Positions 55,855-64,000 of a stretch of DNA of 64,000 bases are shown here, piece by piece. The stretch is from Clostridia bacterium (GTDB taxonomy: Bacteria; Bacillota; Clostridia; Oscillospirales; CAG-382). A program made the translations under genes and the position numbers. Positions within the stretch are counted from its first letter, which is position 1, and every line of letters begins with the position of its first letter. Under the pieces are notes generated by a model. That model had not been told where the DNA came from and did no database searches. It saw only the letters and a program-made list of their open reading frames with translations. The stretch is from assembly GCA_017397805.1 (NCBI GenBank), contig JAFQHW010000010.1:2069-66068 (forward strand). The letters run 5' to 3'.

Positions 55855-58401
55855 ATGGGGCTTTCCCCTATGATGAAGCAGTATATGCAAATAAAAGCCG
55901 AAAACCCCGATTGTCTTTTGATGTTCAGGCTGGGGGATTTTTACGAGCTGTTTTTTGAGGATGCTAAAACAGCCTCCCGCGAGTTGGAGCTGGTGCTTAC
56001 GGGCAGAGATTGCGGCGAGAAGGAGCGCGCCCCCATGTGCGGTGTGCCTTACCATGCGGTAGAGGGTTATTTAAGCAAGCTTATAAGCAAGGGGTACAGA
56101 GTTGCCATTTGCGAACAGCTTGAGGACCCTGCCACCGTTAAGGGGATAGTTAAGCGTGACGTGGTGCGTATCGTTTCCCCCGGTACCGTTACGGAAGGCA
56201 GTCTTTTAAAAGAGGGGCAGAATAATTACCTGGCGGCAGTGGTAGAGCAGGAGAACGGATACGGTCTTGCCTTCGGCGACGTTTCCACGGGTGAGATATT
56301 TGCCACGGAAGCGGTGGGCGAGGAAAAAACAGCCGCCCTTTATGCGGAGTGTGCCGCCTTTTCCCCTTCCGAAGCGGTTATAGGCAAGGGTGTTTCCGAG
56401 GAAACGGGCGCTTTCCTGAGAGAGCGTATGGGCGCATTGCTCAGCCGCGCGGAGGAAGAGATAGAAGAAGGCGGTGACGAAACCGCCGAGGAGACGGTAG
56501 GATTCGTTACCGACCTGCCCGAAAAGGCCGCAAGGCTTTTAAAGCTGTACATAAAACAAACGCAAAAGACCGAGCTTGGATATATCAAACCCACAAAGTT
56601 TTATAAATCCGATGCTTTTATGAGATACGATGCCTTTACAAGGCGCAATTTGGAGCTTTGCGCCTCCATGCGTAACGGAGAGAAAAAAGGCTCGCTTTTG
56701 TGGGTTTTGGATAAGACCCACACGGGCATGGGTGCAAGGCTGTTAAAGCAGTGGCTGGACAGACCGCTTATAAGCAGTCGCGCCATAAACGCAAGACTTG
56801 ACGGCGTGGCAGAGCTTAAAAGCTCCGCTAAGGAGCGCAAGGAGATAATTAGCTACCTCAAAGGCGTTGTGGATATGGAGAGGATAATCTCCCGCCTTGT
56901 GTACGGTACCGCCAACGCAAGGGATATGAAGGCCTTGGAGGGGGCAATAAAGCAACTCCCCTTTATAAAGGAACGGCTTTATCCCATGCAAAGCGGCATC
57001 TTAAAGGGGCTTTACAACTCCCTTGATCTGTTAGAGGAGATAGGCCGCAGTATAGAAAATACCATAGTGGACGACGCGCCTATTACCGTAAGAGAGGGCG
57101 GCATCATCAAGGAGGGTGCAAACAGCTCCGTAGATGAGCTTCGCTCCATGATGAAGGACGGCACCGCCTGGATCTCACGCATTGAGGCGGAGGAAAAGAA
57201 AAAGACGGGCATCCGTACCTTAAAGGTCGGCTACAACAAGGTGTTCGGCTACTACATAGAGGTCAGCAAGTCCTTTAAGGAGTCCGTGCCCGACAGATAT
57301 ATCCGCCGTCAGACCCTTGCCAACGCAGAAAGATACGTAACCCCCGAGCTTAAGGATATGGAAAGTCGCGTTATAGGTGCCAAGGACAAGCTTACCGCCT
57401 TGGAATACGAGCTTTTCTCCGCTTTAAGGGAATATATAGTAGAACGTACCCGCCGCATCCAAAAAACCGCCGCCGTTTTGGCGGAAACTGACGTTTTGTG
57501 CTCTCTTGCCGAGGTTGCGGCACAGGGTAATTACGTGCGCCCCGAGGTTGACGACAGCGATGTTATAGACATAAAAGAGGGTAGGCATCCCGTGGTGGAG
57601 CGTTTTATAGGGGACTCCTATTTCGTGCCCAACGATTGTTTGTTGGACGGCGGCAGAAACCGCCTTTCCCTTATAACCGGTCCTAATATGGCAGGTAAAT
57701 CCACCTATATGCGGCAGATCGCCCTTTGCTCCGTAATGGCGCAGATAGGTTCCTTCGTGCCCGCAAAAAGCGCAAGGCTTGGCGTGGTGGACAGAGTGTT
57801 TACCCGCGTAGGTGCCTCCGACGATCTGGCAACGGGCAACTCTACCTTTATGGTGGAGATGACGGAGCTGGCGGCAATACTTAAAAACGCTACCCCCAAA
57901 AGCCTTATAATATACGACGAGATAGGCAGGGGCACCTCTACCTACGACGGTATGAGCATAGCACGCGCCGCCTTGGAATATACGGTAAGCAATATTAAAG
58001 CGAAGACCTTGTTTGCCACCCATTATCACGAGCTTACTGCTTTGGAGGGCGAGCTGGAGGGTGTGGTAAACTATAATATAGCTGCCAAAAAGAGGGGCGA
58101 CAGCGTGGTGTTCCTGCGCAAAATTGTAAGGGGCGCCACCGATGACAGCTACGGCATAGAAGTAGCAAAGCTTGCGGGTGTGCCGGATAAGGTGGTAAAC
58201 CGTGCAAGACAGGTGCTTCGCTCCCTGGAGGGGACGAAGCCTACCGTACAAAAAACCGTTCGGGAAGAAGAAAACCTGAGCTTTACCTCTTTTGCGGAGC
58301 AGGAAATCGCCGCAAAGCTCAGAGCTACCGACATTAATACCCTTACGCCCATAGAGGCGATGGGACTTATATATGAGCTGAAAAAGAAAGCCGAAATGTA
58401 A
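55855..58401 (+). CDS. mutS: DNA mismatch repair protein MutS
   Basis: 848 aa. TPMMKQY-type N-terminus, Walker A GPNMAGKST, and DEIGRGTST. Confidence 0.97.
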   Translation: MGLSPMMKQYMQIKAENPDCLLMFRLGDFYELFFEDAKTASRELELVLTGRDCGEKERAPMCGVPYHAVEGYLSKLISKGYRVAICEQLEDPATVKGIVKRDVVRIVSPGTVTEGSLLKEGQNNYLAAVVEQENGYGLAFGDVSTGEIFATEAVGEEKTAALYAECAAFSPSEAVIGKGVSEETGAFLRERMGALLSRAEEEIEEGGDETAEETVGFVTDLPEKAARLLKLYIKQTQKTELGYIKPTKFYKSDAFMRYDAFTRRNLELCASMRNGEKKGSLLWVLDKTHTGMGARLLKQWLDRPLISSRAINARLDGVAELKSSAKERKEIISYLKGVVDMERIISRLVYGTANARDMKALEGAIKQLPFIKERLYPMQSGILKGLYNSLDLLEEIGRSIENTIVDDAPITVREGGIIKEGANSSVDELRSMMKDGTAWISRIEAEEKKKTGIRTLKVGYNKVFGYYIEVSKSFKESVPDRYIRRQTLANAERYVTPELKDMESRVIGAKDKLTALEYELFSALREYIVERTRRIQKTAAVLAETDVLCSLAEVAAQGNYVRPEVDDSDVIDIKEGRHPVVERFIGDSYFVPNDCLLDGGRNRLSLITGPNMAGKSTYMRQIALCSVMAQIGSFVPAKSARLGVVDRVFTRVGASDDLATGNSTFMVEMTELAAILKNATPKSLIIYDEIGRGTSTYDGMSIARAALEYTVSNIKAKTLFATHYHELTALEGELEGVVNYNIAAKKRGDSVVFLRKIVRGATDDSYGIEVAKLAGVPDKVVNRARQVLRSLEGTKPTVQKTVREEENLSFTSFAEQEIAAKLRATDINTLTPIEAMGLIYELKKKAEM

Positions 58402-58404
58402 ATT

Positions 58405-61373
<2,969 letters not shown>

Positions 61374-61389
61374 TCCATAAAAAAGCAAA

Positions 61390-61658
61390 AACTGCAGTTC
61401 ACACTGCAGTTCAGACCACTGACAAAGGCACAGAGCACGAAAAAGAAAACAAACAAATATAATGAAGTAGAAAAATAAGGGGGCAAGCCTCCTTATTTTT
61501 CTGCATTTTGTTATATTTTTTCGTTCAAAACGAACCTCGGCTTGCAGTACTCAGTACAGCTATCGCCTCGGTTCGTCTTGTCTGCGCTCTTTCTCAGCAC
61601 TCTGCCAAGCTGATGACAAGGCTTGTCATCAGCTTGAACTGCAGTTCACACTGCAGTT
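61390..61658. repeat. MITE-like non-coding element, copy 2 (core 61412-61636) bracketed by two copies of a 22-bp terminator hairpin
   Basis: aactgcagttcacactgcagtt occurs at 61390-61411 and 61637-61658, perfectly identical. The core is homologous to 12723-12986. Confidence 0.75.
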
Positions 61659-61673
61659 TTTTATCTTTACTTT

Positions 61674-62837
61674 TTAATACTTCACGGCATCTAAAATCAA
61701 AGCCGCTTCTCTTTTGGTAAGGGTTTCGGAGGAATTTTCAAACCAAGCACTGCTTATGGCAAGGCTTCCTTCGTCCCCCGTGGCACGCTCTGCCATCACC
61801 AAGGCATCCTCTAATTTAATGCTCTCGTTGGGACGGAAGGAGTCGCTTTCGGCTTTAACTATCCCGTTGGTTACCGCCGCCTCCAGATACAGCCGCTTGC
61901 CGCGGCTTTGGCTTGCGGTGTCCGTAAAGACGTTGGAGGGATACAGCTTGTCCTCCACCTTTATCCCCGCGGCGCTTACCAGCATTACCGCAAAGTCGAT
62001 GCGGCTAACCTCCTCCGCGGGGGAGAAATAGTAGCTGTCGCCGATAAGTCTGTAGCTCATAACTTGGTCTTCGGACATACGAATCGCCGCCAAGTGCTCC
62101 TGCTCACCCACCATATCCGCAAAATATATGCCGCCGTCGTTCTCGGCAACGCTTACGGTGGCTTTGGCAAGCTCGCTTTTTTCGCCCCAATCGTTTACTG
62201 CGTAGTAGGTAAAGCTATCCTCACCGCAAAATCCCGTTTTGGGGGTATAGGTTACCGTATCGTCATTCAGGCTTATTCTGCCGCCCGTGGGGTATTGCTC
62301 TATAACGTACTCCAAGTCATCCCCGTCGGGGTCGTAGGCGCCAAGGGCGGCGGTAACGCTTACGTTTTTGTAGGTTTTAAGGGTTGCGGATACGGCAATG
62401 GGCGCAAAGCGCGGTGTGGCGGAATAGCGTATCACGCAGGCAAGCTCCCGGCTTTCCTTGCCGTTTTTCGTTACCGTAAAGCTAAAGCTGCAGTTGTCTG
62501 CAAATTCCTGTGAGGGCAAAAAGCTAAGCAGCTCCACCCCCGCGGCGGAAAGTGTTTGGTCGGGTATGGCATCTACCCCCGCCACCTTTAAAACACCGCA
62601 ACCGATAGGGGGTAGCGATTTTAGGGTTAGGTAGTCAAACTCGGTGCCCACCAGCTCCATCACCTCGCCGCAGTTAAAGTTTACGCGCTCGCCGCCCACA
62701 CTGCACTTTATAAGCCGCGTTTCGTTGCTTATAACCTCCAAGGCAGGGGAAAGCTGTGCCGCTTCTGCCTTCACGGCGGTAACGGTAACCGCAATCAGGC
62801 AAAGGGAAAACACGATCAAACGGAATAATTTTCTCAT
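61674..62837 (-). CDS. Secreted protein with cadherin/Ig-like repeat and two SLH-like domains
   Basis: Start MRKLFRLIVFSLCL (GGAGG RBS). YDPDGDDLEYV...TVTYTPKTGFCGEDSFTYYAVND is a cadherin-like repeat. The C-terminal YFADMVG...FSPAEEVSRIDFAVML and VFTDTAS...FRPNESIKLEDALVM are SLH-like. Confidence 0.65.
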   Translation of the reverse strand: MRKLFRLIVFSLCLIAVTVTAVKAEAAQLSPALEVISNETRLIKCSVGGERVNFNCGEVMELVGTEFDYLTLKSLPPIGCGVLKVAGVDAIPDQTLSAAGVELLSFLPSQEFADNCSFSFTVTKNGKESRELACVIRYSATPRFAPIAVSATLKTYKNVSVTAALGAYDPDGDDLEYVIEQYPTGGRISLNDDTVTYTPKTGFCGEDSFTYYAVNDWGEKSELAKATVSVAENDGGIYFADMVGEQEHLAAIRMSEDQVMSYRLIGDSYYFSPAEEVSRIDFAVMLVSAAGIKVEDKLYPSNVFTDTASQSRGKRLYLEAAVTNGIVKAESDSFRPNESIKLEDALVMAERATGDEGSLAISSAWFENSSETLTKREAALILDAVKY

Positions 62838-62907
62838 AACAACGCCTCCTTTTGTGGTATAGTTTGCCACGGCGACTCAGCTTTTATACCAAATATTTCA
62901 AATATAC

Positions 62908-62936
62908 TTGAAATATTCTTGGGCGAATGATATAAT
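62908..62936 (+). promoter_or_regulatory. sigma-A type promoter of aroA
   Basis: TTGAAA, 17-nt spacer, TATAAT. Confidence 0.6.
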
Positions 62937-62959
62937 AAGCTCGAAGGATGGTGATTTCT

Positions 62960-64000
62960 ATGGATTCTTTAATTACGGGCGCTTCTTTGGAGGGGATGTT
63001 ACCCGCATCTCAGTCCAAATGGGCACTGCACAGGATGATTTTTTGTTGCGCCTTGTCTGAGGAGCCAACGGTTATCACCATAAACGATCTGTCAGGGGAT
63101 ATTTGCGGTGCCATCGATACGGTCATACGCTTCGGCGGCGCGGTTTTGCCCGTTAGCGAGCGTGAGTACAGGATCACCCCCATATGGGAGAAAAAGGCGG
63201 AAAACCCCGTTATCTACGCCCGTGAAAGCGGTACTTTTTTGCGGTTCATCATCCCCGTTGCCGCGGCACTTTTCGATTCCTTTGAGATTCGGTGCGCGGC
63301 TGCCATCCCTCCCTTCAGCCCCATTATGCAACAGATGGAGGAACACGGCTGCAGCTGCAGCTACGGTGACGGCGTTATGCGCTTTAAGGGCAAGCTTAAA
63401 GGCGGCGATTTTACCCTTGCGGGCAACACCGGCGGCAGGTTTTTGTCGGGATTGCTCTTTGCCCTTCCTCTGCTTGAAGAGGATAGCAGAGTAAGCTTTA
63501 CCTCCCGTTTGCAAACCGGCGGTTACGTGGATATGACGCTGGAAAAAGCGGCAAAGTACGGTGTGCGAATATACCGTCAGGGTATGGGGTATTTTGTTAA
63601 AGGAAACCAACGTTACTTAAAGCCTTTTGACCGTGAGAAGCTTACCGTTGAGGGTGACTGGGCAGGGGCGGCGTTTTGGCTTGCGGCGGGTGCCATAGGC
63701 GGCGACGTTTGTTGCGGCGGACTTAGTACCCTCTCCAGCCAGCCCGATAAGGAGATAGTTCCCCTTCTTGCCCGTATGGGTGCAGATATCAGGGCGGATA
63801 ATAGGACGAACAGCGTTTTTGCCCTTAAAAGCCGGCTTTACGGAATCGACGTGGACTGCTCTGCGGTACCCGATCTGGTGCCCGCCTTGGCGGTTGCCAT
63901 GTCCTTGGCTAAGGGCAACAGCATGATAAGAAACATAGGCTGGCTGAGGCATAAGGAAAGCGACAGGATACGTGCCCTGTGCCACAACCTTAATCTAATG
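62960..64000 (+). CDS. aroA: 3-phosphoshikimate 1-carboxyvinyltransferase (EPSP synthase), 5' 347 codons (runs off the right edge)
   Basis: My translation is MDSLITGASLEGMLPASQSKWALHRMIFCCALSEEPTVITINDLSGDICGAIDTVIRFGG...RHKESDRIRAL. It stays open to the window end, so it is not in the ORF track. Confidence 0.85.
   Translation, partial: MDSLITGASLEGMLPASQSKWALHRMIFCCALSEEPTVITINDLSGDICGAIDTVIRFGGAVLPVSEREYRITPIWEKKAENPVIYARESGTFLRFIIPVAAALFDSFEIRCAAAIPPFSPIMQQMEEHGCSCSYGDGVMRFKGKLKGGDFTLAGNTGGRFLSGLLFALPLLEEDSRVSFTSRLQTGGYVDMTLEKAAKYGVRIYRQGMGYFVKGNQRYLKPFDREKLTVEGDWAGAAFWLAAGAIGGDVCCGGLSTLSSQPDKEIVPLLARMGADIRADNRTNSVFALKSRLYGIDVDCSAVPDLVPALAVAMSLAKGNSMIRNIGWLRHKESDRIRALCHNLNLM

Overview
This window is the replication-origin neighbourhood of a Gram-positive anaerobe. 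Dockerin modules, an Rnf complex and spore-cortex genes suggest a Clostridia, Oscillospiraceae/Ruminococcaceae-like organism, but that taxonomy is inference only. The gene order gyrA<gyrB<remB<recF<dnaN<dnaA | rpmH>rnpA>yidD>yidC>jag places oriC around 5.7-7.5 kb. The rest is mostly housekeeping. It includes a nucleotidyltransferase/PMM-like fusion, four tandem GHL10 (DigH/YngK-like) wall hydrolase paralogs, two tandem processive GT2 synthases, and secG with a degenerate RNase R-like gene. It also includes pgk-tpiA, an Rrf2-rubrerythrin-ferritin operon, nth, rnfCDGEAB, rlmD, tRNA-Met/tRNA-Glu, ychF, ribF, a peptidoglycan-peptide recycling cluster, miaB-ylbF-mutS-mutL-tgt and the start of aroA. 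I found no recognisable defence system, prophage, CRISPR array or autonomous IS. The most unusual content is non-coding. (1) A roughly 225-265 bp MITE-like element occurs twice (12.7 kb and 61.4 kb), and each copy is flanked by a direct duplication of a different, locus-specific terminator hairpin. (2) Three families of intergenic arrays are built from a 7-mer alternating with short GC hairpins (GCGATAT, ATGAATT, GTGAAGT). Two of these families sit directly upstream of four-helix-bundle (23S rRNA IVS protein family) genes. One of those genes is bracketed by an 84-bp direct repeat and the other is a pseudogene. Several proteins appear to be catalytically degenerate homologues (RNB, PBP5-like, PMM-like). 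All functional calls come from reading the translations by eye, with no database search.
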